64,000 nt of DNA from Candidatus Bathyarchaeota archaeon (GCA_963806535.1 CAWDYC010000008.1:1-64000); one strand, 5' to 3'; positions 21,608-31,798 are shown, counted from the stretch's first letter. Notes: a model not told the origin generated them from the letters alone. Numbers and translations: made by a program.

Positions 21608-23554
21608 TTAAAGTCCTCCTATCGTTAATATTATCAGCACTACGATTAAGATGAAACCAACTACTGCTGCTGCAATGTAGTTTTGAACTGTTGTTGAGGG
21701 CACTTTCTTCAATTTGGAAGCAGCAACCACCACTCCTGCTGCGAAGCCTGTTGTCAAATGATTTGCTGAATCTTCAACATATTTAACCCCGTCAGAAATT
21801 TTGGTAAGTCCTTTAACTAAAATGCCGTAGAAATCGTCAAAGAAATAAGCGTGCTTTAGCATCGTTGCAATTGGATTTGACCCTCCTCCAACGCTTCTTA
21901 TGCCCATTGAGTTTCTATAGTATGCCAAGTACACAAGCAAGCCTGTCGGTACGAGAATTGCTAAGAAAATTGGTGTTTCTATGTCTATAAATGAGCCAAA
22001 TATTGAAATTCCGAGGTTGTCTAAATGCATAAAGTTCACAACTAAAGGCATAGCTAGCCCCCAAATAATGCATAAACCTGCAAGAATTGCAGCAGGAATC
22101 AGCATGACTCTTGGAGCCTCATGGACATGTTGCTTTTGCAAATGTTCTGATTCTTTACCCATGAAAACAAGACTAAACATCCGTATACAATAAGCAAATG
22201 TAATTGCGGCTGTTACGTAAAGCAGGATTGCCTGAATTGTGCTAGCTGCCGTTACGCTTGAAATAACTAAACCTTTGCTGAAAAATGCTGCAAATGGGGG
22301 TAAACCGCTCGTTGTAATAACCATTATTGCCATCAAAATGAAAGTGATTGGCATTGCTTTTCTAAGTCCGCCCATCAAACGCATGTCTCTTGTCCCGATT
22401 GCATGAATAATACCTCCAGCTAAGAGGAATCCGAGACCCTCGAAGAAGGCGTGACTTACCATATGGAACAAACTGGCGAACCAACCAACAGATGCAGATA
22501 TTGACACTGATCCTCCAGTGAAAGCTGAGCCTAAAGCAGCCATCATAAATCCGATTTGGCTGACAGTTGAGTATGCAAGAACTCCTTTGATGTCAGTTGT
22601 AGTTATGGCCAATGTAGCGCCAACAAGGGCAGTTAAGACTCCAATCCACGTAACTGTTGCAAACCAATATTGCGTTCCCAGCGCCGAGATTAGTGGGGCA
22701 GCGACTGAAGCGATGAGTATGAATCTTGCGAGAAGGTAAACACCTGCTTTGACCATTGTGGCCGCGTGTAAGAGCGCGCTGACTGATGTTGGTGCCTCCA
22801 TTGCGCTGTAGAGCCAAGTGAATAATGGGAGCTGAGCGGACTTTGCAATTGCACCACCCAAAACTAAGAAGAAAACCACAACCATCAGGTTCAGGTTCAA
22901 GGTCCCAGCGCTAGCGGCTGTTGAAAGTGCTTGTATTACATCTCGGAAGCTAAATGACCCAATGGCTTGTCCACCAATCATAGGACCAGCATATAGTAAA
23001 CCTATGGCAGCAAGAAGCGATATGTCGCCGATGCGCGTCATGATGAAAACTTTTACACCGGCATTAATTGATTCGGGACGTTTATACCAAAATGCAATTA
23101 AGGCGTAAGAGCATAAGCCAACCATTTCCCAGAAAATAAACATTTGAAGCAAGTTATCTGAAATTACAAGGCCAATCATTGAGCCGATGAAGAGAAGGAT
23201 TAGGAAATAATATCTTGTTAATCCTTCTTCACCTTTCATGTAGCCCCAAGAGTAAACAGCGATGATTAAGCCGAAGAAAGCAATAAGACAAGTGAACAAA
23301 ACGCTCAAAGGATCAATAAATACGCCAGCATTGAGACCCGGAATCCAACTAACATACGATGACGCTTCAACCTGCCCATTGCCGAAAAAGACCCCAGGCA
23401 CCAACGAAAACGCCATAACTGCTGTGACAACAGCGATTGCTATTACAAAGTAGTTTCGGATCTTATCGCCTTTTTTCGCGACAACTGGAACGAACAGGCA
23501 CGCAACGAGTGGAATTACCCAAACAAGCCATGCAGCAATACTATCAAACGTCAT
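21608..23554 (-). CDS. NuoL-like antiporter subunit
   Basis: KSAQLPLFTWL..AMEAPTSVSALLHAATMV, LAYSTVSQIG; C-terminal amphipathic helix plus terminal TM. Confidence 0.92.
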   Translation of the reverse strand: MTFDSIAAWLVWVIPLVACLFVPVVAKKGDKIRNYFVIAIAVVTAVMAFSLVPGVFFGNGQVEASSYVSWIPGLNAGVFIDPLSVLFTCLIAFFGLIIAVYSWGYMKGEEGLTRYYFLILLFIGSMIGLVISDNLLQMFIFWEMVGLCSYALIAFWYKRPESINAGVKVFIMTRIGDISLLAAIGLLYAGPMIGGQAIGSFSFRDVIQALSTAASAGTLNLNLMVVVFFLVLGGAIAKSAQLPLFTWLYSAMEAPTSVSALLHAATMVKAGVYLLARFILIASVAAPLISALGTQYWFATVTWIGVLTALVGATLAITTTDIKGVLAYSTVSQIGFMMAALGSAFTGGSVSISASVGWFASLFHMVSHAFFEGLGFLLAGGIIHAIGTRDMRLMGGLRKAMPITFILMAIMVITTSGLPPFAAFFSKGLVISSVTAASTIQAILLYVTAAITFAYCIRMFSLVFMGKESEHLQKQHVHEAPRVMLIPAAILAGLCIIWGLAMPLVVNFMHLDNLGISIFGSFIDIETPIFLAILVPTGLLVYLAYYRNSMGIRSVGGGSNPIATMLKHAYFFDDFYGILVKGLTKISDGVKYVEDSANHLTTGFAAGVVVAASKLKKVPSTTVQNYIAAAVVGFILIVVLIILTIGGL

Positions 23555-23868
23555 TATGCTTCAGCCTCACTTTCGGTTTTTTCCTGCATTTTTAGAATTT
23601 CGCTAAGATTGCTTGTCCCATACTTTTTCGAGACAATAACAAGTAACGCCAAAATTATTGCGCTGACCGCGGTATCTGTTGAAAACGCTAATATTAGGAA
23701 TGCTTGTCCTAAACCTTGAGCCATCGAAGAAGCCAGCATTACGAAATTCAACGTGGCAGCGGTGGCGATTAACTCTACAGAAATGAATACTTTGAGGAGT
23801 TGCCGATTGGTTAGCAAGCCATAGATTCCGATTCCCAGCATCACCAGAGACAAAATTACGAAGTCCAT
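23554..23868 (-). CDS. NuoK-like subunit
   Basis: Three TM helices, GIYGLL...ISVEL. Confidence 0.85.
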   Translation of the reverse strand: MDFVILSLVMLGIGIYGLLTNRQLLKVFISVELIATAATLNFVMLASSMAQGLGQAFLILAFSTDTAVSAIILALLVIVSKKYGTSNLSEILKMQEKTESEAEA

Positions 23869-24329
23869 TATTTAGCACCCTTCTTCTTTTCATACAGAAC
23901 GATAGCTATTCCAAGCGCAACCGTGAGAACAACAAGAGCTTGTAAAACGACGTCAACACCTCTTAGGTTCCACAAGGCATCGCCAAAAGAAGCATCAGTT
24001 GTTGTTGCTGATGAACCTGAAAATGAAAGGAAAATCGCGGGTAACGATAAAACTATACCAATACCAATTAAGGCAAAGGTCTTTTTAGGTGAAGCTTTCT
24101 TTGTCGGTTTGTCGCCTAGCATTTCTCCTGATAAGAATAGAATGGCTAACGTTCCTATACCCACGACAAACTGGAAGATAGCGGCAAAAACTGAGCCGTT
24201 TAAAATGTAAAGGATTGCTGTAAAAATGAAAGTGCCTGATAGAGCGGCAACTGAATAAACCATTTCATCAAGAAATAGGGCCAAGCAAGCTGAAACTATT
24301 AATCCGATTGAGATGATTTCAAGGATCAT
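23868..24329 (-). CDS. NuoJ-like subunit
   Basis: About five TM helices, FAAIFQF.VG.G; lies between the I and K genes. Confidence 0.8.
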   Translation of the reverse strand: MILEIISIGLIVSACLALFLDEMVYSVAALSGTFIFTAILYILNGSVFAAIFQFVVGIGTLAILFLSGEMLGDKPTKKASPKKTFALIGIGIVLSLPAIFLSFSGSSATTTDASFGDALWNLRGVDVVLQALVVLTVALGIAIVLYEKKKGAK

Positions 24330-24826
24330 TTTTTGGTAACTTCCTTAGCGTTTGGTTGTGGCTTACAGATTAACGATGACTTATCAGTTGTGGCCAACTC
24401 AAAGAGATCAGAATCTTTAATTGCCTTTCTGGGGCAAGTTTCAATGCATTGATAACAGAAGATACATTTGTTAAGATCAAATTGAGGTCTTCTTTTTCCG
24501 TCGACCTCAACAATTTCAATTGCATTCGCTGGGCAATCTCGCTTGCAGACGCTACAGTTGACAGTAACAAGTGACCTTACATCAAACGCTAGGTTAGGAT
24601 CGCCTCCGGTTCCGCTAAGGTCTACAACATTACATGAATTTACTTGGTAACTGGTCTTGCCGCGGTAGTCTTCGGGTAGTTTAGGCTTAACAAATGGATA
24701 TTTTGTTGTGGCTGGCTTAGTAAAAAAATGAGAGAATGTTCTTCTAAACATTGGAGATATGCGTGATTTCTTTGTCTTCTTTTTGGTCTTCGCGGTCATT
24801 TTTTTTACACCAACGGATATACCCAT
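24326..24826 (-). CDS. NuoI/EchF-like 2x[4Fe-4S] subunit
   Basis: T.KYPF...YRG, CSVCKRDCP..AI and CIFCYQCIETCP..AI. The true start is probably about 24799. Confidence 0.9.
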   Translation of the reverse strand: MGISVGVKKMTAKTKKKTKKSRISPMFRRTFSHFFTKPATTKYPFVKPKLPEDYRGKTSYQVNSCNVVDLSGTGGDPNLAFDVRSLVTVNCSVCKRDCPANAIEIVEVDGKRRPQFDLNKCIFCYQCIETCPRKAIKDSDLFELATTDKSSLICKPQPNAKEVTKK

Positions 24827-25809
24827 GTTACTAGAGCAACAGTTAGCATTAGCGAAAGTATTGCGGCGGGTAACATTATTTTCCAGTTAGCTGATAATAC
24901 CTGATCAATTCGTAACCTTGCAAATAGGGTAGTTATGTACTCAGTGATTATCACTATTGCCAGCAGTTTAAGCACAAACCACAGAGAGTACCAGAATGCA
25001 GGAACGCCGAAGAATACCGGTCCATATGGACCTCCAAGGAACAACTCAACCACTAGGGCTGAGCCGAAGACGATTTGCACGTCGCGAGTCAAATGGAGGA
25101 AAGCTAATTTTGCACCAGTATATTCGGTTTCTAATCCACCGACCAGTTCACTTTCTGCGTCTGGAACATCAAAGGGATCTTTTTCGAGTTCTGCTTGCAT
25201 AGTTATTATAAATAGTATAAAAGCCCATGGCGCCAAAAGAATAATTGGTACAAGTTGTCCTGAGGCTAAAGTGACGCCAGAAGCTATTGTAAATATGCTT
25301 AAGCTTCCTACGATAAATGCTGGTGTTAGAGCAATTAAGAAAAGCGGTATGTCATAACCTAAGAACTGTGTTAACACTCTTGCAGCGCTTATTGTACCGT
25401 ATGGATTGCAGGATGCCCATCCTGAAAGGAAAAGGAGAAAACTGGCAATTGTTGAAAACGCCAAGATAATAATTAAATCGCCGTTAAATCCACCTGTTGA
25501 AATCACGCTGGAACCATCAACGGGTAAAAAGCACATTGCAAAAACCATAATTGTAAACGCTACGAGAGGTGCAAACTTGAAAACGATTCTTTTAGCTTCT
25601 CTTGGCTGAATATCTTCTTTTGTTAAGAGTTTAATGAAGTCGGCTAATGGCTGAAAAATTCCAGCTGGTCCTGCGACCATTGGACCAACTCTGTTTTGTA
25701 TGCGGGCTTCGATTTTTCGTTCAAGCCAATCGCAGAACAACGTCAGCAGCAGTATGAATGCGAAACCTGGGAAAATTAGTATTCGTAAGATCAGCCATAT
25801 GTCAATCAT
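24805..25809 (-). CDS. NuoH/EchB-like membrane subunit
   Basis: ERKIEARIQNRVGP, QPLADFIKLLTKE, PFD.PDAESELV.G..TEY and RLRIDQ motifs. Confidence 0.93.
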   Translation of the reverse strand: MIDIWLILRILIFPGFAFILLLTLFCDWLERKIEARIQNRVGPMVAGPAGIFQPLADFIKLLTKEDIQPREAKRIVFKFAPLVAFTIMVFAMCFLPVDGSSVISTGGFNGDLIIILAFSTIASFLLFLSGWASCNPYGTISAARVLTQFLGYDIPLFLIALTPAFIVGSLSIFTIASGVTLASGQLVPIILLAPWAFILFIITMQAELEKDPFDVPDAESELVGGLETEYTGAKLAFLHLTRDVQIVFGSALVVELFLGGPYGPVFFGVPAFWYSLWFVLKLLAIVIITEYITTLFARLRIDQVLSANWKIMLPAAILSLMLTVALVTWVYPLV

Positions 25810-25813
25810 CGAA

Positions 25814-27403
25814 TCACCTGTCTGTGCATGAGAAGCATGGGTCTAAGCTAACAAAGTTTGGCGGAACATCAGCTATACTCTCACCAATTGCGGTTTTCAG
25901 GAACGATGGAATATTAGCGAATGTTGGAGTCCGCACTTTAACGCGTTCTGGAGAAGACGTACCGTTACTCTTAACATAGTAGAATAGTTCTCCTCGTGGT
26001 GCTTCGTTACGACTAATAGCTTCGCCTGAAACCACATTTCTGGGAGCGTCAATTCGGAAAGGCCCTGTCGGCATATGGTCAAGTGCATACTGGATTATAT
26101 TGATGCTTTCTTCAACTTCGTCCATGCGCACATTCATTCGTGCCCACGTGTCGCCTTCGGTGTAAACTATTTTTTTGAAGGGAATTTGGCCGTATGCTTC
26201 ATAAGGATCGTCTTTGCGCACGTCAATATCATATCCTGATCCTCGAGCTACTGGACCAACAACGCATAGTTTTATTGCGTCTTCGCGCGAGAGGGTGCCT
26301 ACATTTTGCATGCGAGCTTTTATGGAAGGTTCATTTCCGTAAACTTTTCTGTAGAACGGCAGCTTTTTCCTCAAATCTTCTAAGGTTGTTCTAATTTTTG
26401 GAAAATCAGTGTCTTTTAGGTCTCGTCTTACTCCGCCTACAGTCATAAGGGAAGCGTAAACGCGGTTACCGCTAGTTAACTCTATCAAGTCCATGATTGG
26501 TTCTCGGTCTCTCCAGAAATACTGGAACAATGTTTCGTAGCCAATTTCTAATCCTGCATGACCCAAAGTCAGTAAGTGACTGTGCAATCTGTTGAGTTCT
26601 AGCGCTACTACACGGAGGTATCTAGCTCTTTCGGGAACCTCAGTTTTTAATATCTTCTCTGTTGCAGCAACAAAACCATACGCGTGGCAAGCGTTGCAAA
26701 TACCGCAAATTCGTTCAACCAAGTAGACGTCTTGGATGTATGATCGAGATTCAGATGCTTTTTCTATGCCTCGGTGAACGTAACCGATTCGCGGTTCAAC
26801 CTTAGTTACGGTTTCTCCATCAACTGTAACAACGAATTTTTCTGGTTCCAAAAGTGCAGGGTGTTGTGGACCAATAATAATTTTTACAAGTTTGCTAATG
26901 TCCTGAAGTTTTGGTTCTTCAGGTGCGGGATTCAGTTTCACCTCAGCTGCTTTGACATCTTTTCTTAATGGATAAATTCCTTCAGGCCAGTTTTCAGATA
27001 ATACAAGGTGACCTTTTAGTTCGTTGCCTACAAAGATTACGCCTAATAGGTCTGATACCTCAAATTCATGAAAAGTTGCACCTGGAATAAGGTCAACTAT
27101 TGTTTGAATTTTCGGGTTATTTTTCGGAACTTCTGCGCGTATTGTTACGAAATCGTTTGAAGTATGTGTATGATACAAAATACCTAAGTTAGCTCCAAGG
27201 TCTATTCCAGTTATGGCGGTAATTCCAGTTTTTTCATCAGCGTCCAGCATGGCTTTGAGGACGTCTCTATGTAAGCCGTTATTGACGTTTATAGCGGCAG
27301 AGCCAAGTTGACCGAGTTGAATCTGGACTTTGTCGCCAAGTTTGGATTGAATTACATTAATTATATCGATTTTATTGTTTGACATTTGGTTTTTCCTCCT
27401 CAA
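25814..27403 (-). CDS. Group 4 [NiFe]-hydrogenase large subunit fused to a NuoC-like domain
   Basis: N-terminal E..DLLG..F.G...YPLRKD (NuoC/EchD), GPQHP, HRGIEK, L1 ERICGIC and L2 DPCFSCTDR-stop. Confidence 0.93.
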   Translation of the reverse strand: MRRKNQMSNNKIDIINVIQSKLGDKVQIQLGQLGSAAINVNNGLHRDVLKAMLDADEKTGITAITGIDLGANLGILYHTHTSNDFVTIRAEVPKNNPKIQTIVDLIPGATFHEFEVSDLLGVIFVGNELKGHLVLSENWPEGIYPLRKDVKAAEVKLNPAPEEPKLQDISKLVKIIIGPQHPALLEPEKFVVTVDGETVTKVEPRIGYVHRGIEKASESRSYIQDVYLVERICGICNACHAYGFVAATEKILKTEVPERARYLRVVALELNRLHSHLLTLGHAGLEIGYETLFQYFWRDREPIMDLIELTSGNRVYASLMTVGGVRRDLKDTDFPKIRTTLEDLRKKLPFYRKVYGNEPSIKARMQNVGTLSREDAIKLCVVGPVARGSGYDIDVRKDDPYEAYGQIPFKKIVYTEGDTWARMNVRMDEVEESINIIQYALDHMPTGPFRIDAPRNVVSGEAISRNEAPRGELFYYVKSNGTSSPERVKVRTPTFANIPSFLKTAIGESIADVPPNFVSLDPCFSCTDR

Positions 27404-27944
27404 TTATGGGTTGAGCTTCTTGAGCAGCTATAACAACTTCGGGTGGGGGAATAGCATTTTTCGCTTGTTCTGCCTTTAGGGCTTCAGCTTGTTTTTCTTG
27501 TTTTGAAAGTTTTTTTGGTTTAGGCGGATTCAAAGCGTTTAAGAGTTTAACTACGCCGTCCAGAATTGCTTCTGGCCGCGGTGGACACCCAGGTATGTAT
27601 GCGGTAACTGGAAGTATTTTGTCTACGCCGCCTACTACGTTGTAGTTACCTGCGAAAACTCCGCCGCTGCAGGCACAAGCTCCGATGGCTACGACAAATT
27701 TGGGTTGTGGCATTTGGTCATAGACTCGTTTTAACCGTTCTGCGCATTGTTGTGTGACGCAGCCGGTAACCAAAAGAACGTCTGCATGTCTTGGTGATGG
27801 TTCGAGTTTTACGCCGAAGCGTTCTACGTCGTATTTTGGTGTTAGTAGGGCAACTATTTCTATATCGCATCCATTGCAGGCGCCTGAGTTGAAGTGCAGG
27901 ACCCATGGCGATTTAACTCGTGCCCAAGTTACTGTGTTAGTCAT
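27372..27944 (-). CDS. Group 4 hydrogenase small subunit (NuoB/EchC-like)
   Basis: GACNGCDIE (CxxC), SPRHADVLLVTG, GACA and IPGCPPRPE motifs. Confidence 0.93.
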   Translation of the reverse strand: MTNTVTWARVKSPWVLHFNSGACNGCDIEIVALLTPKYDVERFGVKLEPSPRHADVLLVTGCVTQQCAERLKRVYDQMPQPKFVVAIGACACSGGVFAGNYNVVGGVDKILPVTAYIPGCPPRPEAILDGVVKLLNALNPPKPKKLSKQEKQAEALKAEQAKNAIPPPEVVIAAQEAQPIIEEEKPNVKQ

Positions 27945-28289
27945 TTATTCTTTGCCTCCTTCTAAAAGAACCAAGCCTGCGGCAAGAATTATGCCAAGGT
28001 AAAGAATTAAGAAAAGTGGGTTTGTACCTGTTAATGCAAAAGCCGCAAAAGCGAGAACTAATACGGCTGAATCAAAGATTACAAAGTAAATTAGATATTT
28101 ATATAGGGATACATTAATTTTTAATCCTGGAAAAGTGGCTTTTTCTCCACAAGCGTACGCTGCCTGCTCATTTTCGCTTATGGTGGTTTTAGGCGCTGAA
28201 CGTTTGCCAAATGTGTAAATTGCAAAGGTTGAAACAAAAATTAATACAAATGCGATGAGGGCTTCAAGCAGCAATTGACATCTCTCCAT
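27945..28289 (-). CDS. NuoA-like subunit
   Basis: Three TM helices, YACGE, Y.IYFVIFD. Confidence 0.85.
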   Translation of the reverse strand: MERCQLLLEALIAFVLIFVSTFAIYTFGKRSAPKTTISENEQAAYACGEKATFPGLKINVSLYKYLIYFVIFDSAVLVLAFAAFALTGTNPLFLILYLGIILAAGLVLLEGGKE

Positions 28290-28669
28290 TAATACCTTTA
28301 TGATTAATCATCAAAGCTTCCTCAAGGGTATAGTCAAATCTGAGAGTGATATATCCAGAAGCGTCTCTATGAACACATATAAATTTATCTCCAAAGAAAC
28401 TGTACAAAAAACTAATCTTACCGACAATATGCGGATGATTGTCTATGCTAAAAACAGCGTCAGCAGGATTGATGCAGGCTATACCCTCACGTTCAGCTCT
28501 TTCTTCTCCCATACTACCCCGAGCTAGTTTTCAATAAAGCTGTGCTCTTAGATTTAAATATTAAGAACAGAAATAACGCAAACATCATGGTTTCTTGCTA
28601 AGTTTCAAAAATATAAGTACGCTATTCTGTTTCAGTGGTTCCATGCCATCTTCTTTCCAAGTAAAGGAA

Positions 28670-28827
28670 TCAAGCTGAAACGTACGTTCCTCCTGAAAGC
28701 GAGTTAACAAAACCTAGATCAGCTAAACTAAGAGCTGCCGCAGAAACGGCGGTAACAATTATTATAATTATTAAGATTAGGAATAAGGAACTGAGTCCTT
28801 GGTTTTTTCTGCTTAGCTTTCAGCCAT
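28670..28827 (-). pseudogene. Short ORF/fragment with class III (prepilin-like) signal peptide
   Basis: Reads M(AEK)LSRKNQG/LSSLFLILIIIIIVTAVSAAAL... if one A is restored. Not in the ORF track. Confidence 0.35.
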
Positions 28828-28940
28828 AAAATTTGGACCTAACCTTATTAATAATTCAAGGCAGGTTTCCTTAATAAATTTGGCTTAGCGATCGCCTATA
28901 TCTTCCTTAACCAGATATGCAAATAAGTGTTAGTTAAATT

Positions 28941-30053
28941 TTAAACTGAGATTTCCTCTGTTAAACCAGCTTCGGGATAGGAAAATAGATGTGCTTTTTC
29001 TAACGGGTAAGTTATTGTGACGTCTTGTCCGATTTCAACCCATTCTTCAGTCAACGACGGTCTATTAATTACTAAGCGATCTCCGTTTTCAAGCCTAATT
29101 TCATAACGCACGAAGGTTCCTTCAAAAGTTATTTTGTCAATTTTTCCGAACAATGCGTTTTCAGTGGAGATATGCCCTGTTTTCATTTCACATGTTTCAG
29201 GTCTTATTGCCAAAACAATTCTTTCGTCCTGTTTTATTTCAGTGTTTTGGGCTTTAATCTTTAATCCACCTCGCAACTCTATTTCAGTGTAGCCATTTGT
29301 CTTGATTATGTAGCCTTCCAAGAAGTTTGATTCACCGATAAAGTGAGCAACAAATAAGCTGTTGGGATGCATGTAGAGTTCTTGAGGGCTTCCAATTTGT
29401 ACGATTTTTCCTTTTTTCATAACGGCAATTCTATCTGAAATTGACATTGCCTCGGCCTGATCGTGCGTTACATGTATTGCTGTAAGTTTGAGGTCTTTAG
29501 CCATTCTTCGAATTTCATATCTGATTTCATTTCGAACTTTTGCATCCAACTGCCCTAATGGCTCGTCCAAAAGCAGGGTTTTGGCGCCTGCAGCTAACGC
29601 TCGGGCAACAGCTATTCTTTGCATCATGCCACCACTAAGTTCGCTGGGATAAGCGGTTAAGCGTTCGTTAAGTTTAACTAGCTCCAAAACTTCGTGCCCA
29701 ATAGTATCAGCTTGTTTCTGATCGTAATTTTTCACTTTAGGACCATAAATGACGTTTCCCCAAGCAGTCATATGAGGGAAAAGAGCGAAGGTTTGGAACA
29801 CAAAGCCTACGTCGCGATCTTCTGGTGGATCTTTATCGACCCGCCGATCGCCGATGAAGATTTCGCCGCTGTCGGGTTCAATGAGCCCAGCTATAAGCCG
29901 CAAAAGGGTAGTTTTGCCACAGCCGCTAGGTCCAAGCAGTGAGAAATATTCCTTGTCCTTTATGGTTAAGCTAACATTGTCTAAAGCATAAATTTTTCCG
30001 TATTTTTTTGTTAAGTTTACGACCCGGATATCAGGCATAGGACAACTCTCCAA
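28941..30053 (-). CDS. ABC importer ATPase (PotA/FbpC/WtpC-like, TOBE domain)
   Basis: GPSGCGKT, LSGGMMQR, LLLDEP and VTHDQ motifs. Confidence 0.93.
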   Translation of the reverse strand: MESCPMPDIRVVNLTKKYGKIYALDNVSLTIKDKEYFSLLGPSGCGKTTLLRLIAGLIEPDSGEIFIGDRRVDKDPPEDRDVGFVFQTFALFPHMTAWGNVIYGPKVKNYDQKQADTIGHEVLELVKLNERLTAYPSELSGGMMQRIAVARALAAGAKTLLLDEPLGQLDAKVRNEIRYEIRRMAKDLKLTAIHVTHDQAEAMSISDRIAVMKKGKIVQIGSPQELYMHPNSLFVAHFIGESNFLEGYIIKTNGYTEIELRGGLKIKAQNTEIKQDERIVLAIRPETCEMKTGHISTENALFGKIDKITFEGTFVRYEIRLENGDRLVINRPSLTEEWVEIGQDVTITYPLEKAHLFSYPEAGLTEEISV

Positions 30054-30088
30054 ATGAAGCTGTTTTATTGCATTTATTAGTTATCATT

Positions 30089-31798
30089 TTAGACCTTTCC
30101 TTTTCTAGTTAAAAGCCTCAATACCAGCAGTATTACGAAGCTTAGCAGTATCAAGATGCCGCACGCCAAACCAACAGTTAACGAGTCAACTCCTGGAATT
30201 GGTTTTGTAACACCTCTAAGTGAGTTAACCCAGTTGACAATCAGCACAGGCGCTGTCTGCAAATTTGAAGAAACAGCCAACGTCGCACCAGTTTCACTTA
30301 CACTTCTAGTGAAAACGATTATTGCACCTGAAAGGATAGAGTATTTTGCAAGTGGCAGCACTATTGATCTGAAAACTGTAAGAGGCTTAGCTCCAAGTGT
30401 TTTTGCTGCTTCTTCCATATCAACGCTTATTCTCTCCATTGCTGCAGACATGGATCTTACAAAATAGGGGTAGGTAATAGCTAAATGGGCAAAAACCAAC
30501 AACAAAAAAGCAGGTATCCCCGGGATCCCTTGCCAGAAAAATTTCAGGGAAATGCCTAAGGCGATTGATGGAACGATAATAGGGATATTGATTAAGTTGT
30601 CGAGGATTGCAGAAGGCCATTTACCAAATGTTTTACGTGAAAGCAGTATTGCCATTGGTATGCCAAGAATAATTCCTAAGACGGTTACAATGGCTCCTAA
30701 ACCGTAAGACAGAAGCAAGCTCTGCCAAAAGCTAGTCCATATACCCGCTCCAGTTAAAGCCTGAATTAGCGGGGTGCCATTAACAACGGCTTGGAAAGCG
30801 GGCAATGCAACAAAAAGTGAAGGAACCAAAACTAAAAATACAAAAACAAATAAGGCAATACTATTTCTTGACCAGGCCCCTTTTTTGTAACTGAGTTTTT
30901 TCTCAAAAACTGGTAAGCCATGACCAAAAGGCAACTTTATTTTTTGACCCAAAATACGTATTAAGGCAAAAAGGGCAAGCGAAACACCGATTAATATTAA
31001 GCTTGCAAAAACAGTTGCACCTTCATAGGTTCCTACGGAGATTGCGCCTGTTTTGAACTCATTACTTATTGTTTGCAGGAAAACAGGACCATTCATGAAA
31101 ACAGCTCCTGCCACAATGAACGTTGCGCCCGTTTCAGAAAGTGACCGCGCGAAAGCTAAGGAGAAAGCTGCAATCAGGGATGGTTTTGTAATTGGAAAAG
31201 TAACTGTTCTAGAAGCGGTTAAAGGGGGAGCACCAAGCGTTCTTGACGCCCTTTCATATTCCATTTTATAATCAAGCATCGCCCCAACCATTATGCGGAC
31301 AACGACAGGAAAAGAAAAAGTGAAATGCAAAAGCATAACGAGCAACCAACCTGGAGAAACAAGTGATCCTCCAAAAAATGCGGATATGCCTCCGCCAGAA
31401 CTCCAAAACAGCAAAAGCGAATAACCCAAAGCGGCGGTCGGAACAACAAAGGGCAAATCGGCCAAAGTATCGAGAACACTGAGCCACTTTGATTTTCCAC
31501 GAGTAATAAGCCAAGCTAAAGGAACCCCCGCAAGGATATCTAAAGCGGCTACGATTAAACCAATAGTAAATGAATTTGAGATTGCGCCTAATGCTTTGTT
31601 CATTAAGGCAGGTTGGCTTGTGATATTACTAATCGTTGGTGCTTTAATTAGAATGCCGATAATGGGTGGAATAAGAATTATTGCGAAGAAAATTATGACG
31701 GCGGAAAGATAGAGGGTGTACTTTAAGGGTTTTTTCGAGGACAATGCATTGAGCTTGTTCCACAGTTTTTTAAGCACAGTGCCGCTCCTTTTTCCCAA
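30089..31798 (-). CDS. ABC importer fused double permease (FbpB/ModB-like)
   Basis: Two EAA-type loops (ERASRTLGA, EEAAKTLGA) and RS.SETGAT repeats. Confidence 0.9.
   Translation of the reverse strand: MGKRSGTVLKKLWNKLNALSSKKPLKYTLYLSAVIIFFAIILIPPIIGILIKAPTISNITSQPALMNKALGAISNSFTIGLIVAALDILAGVPLAWLITRGKSKWLSVLDTLADLPFVVPTAALGYSLLLFWSSGGGISAFFGGSLVSPGWLLVMLLHFTFSFPVVVRIMVGAMLDYKMEYERASRTLGAPPLTASRTVTFPITKPSLIAAFSLAFARSLSETGATFIVAGAVFMNGPVFLQTISNEFKTGAISVGTYEGATVFASLILIGVSLALFALIRILGQKIKLPFGHGLPVFEKKLSYKKGAWSRNSIALFVFVFLVLVPSLFVALPAFQAVVNGTPLIQALTGAGIWTSFWQSLLLSYGLGAIVTVLGIILGIPMAILLSRKTFGKWPSAILDNLINIPIIVPSIALGISLKFFWQGIPGIPAFLLLVFAHLAITYPYFVRSMSAAMERISVDMEEAAKTLGAKPLTVFRSIVLPLAKYSILSGAIIVFTRSVSETGATLAVSSNLQTAPVLIVNWVNSLRGVTKPIPGVDSLTVGLACGILILLSFVILLVLRLLTRKGKV

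Noticed and set aside
18542-28289. Ordinary Nuo/Fpo complex I
   Set aside because: Both CxxC Ni-binding motifs and the CNGC small-subunit motif are present.
28264-28527. ORFs upstream of the nuoA-like gene
   Set aside because: They are overlapping opposite-strand ORFs with no motifs. The region is probably the operon promoter.
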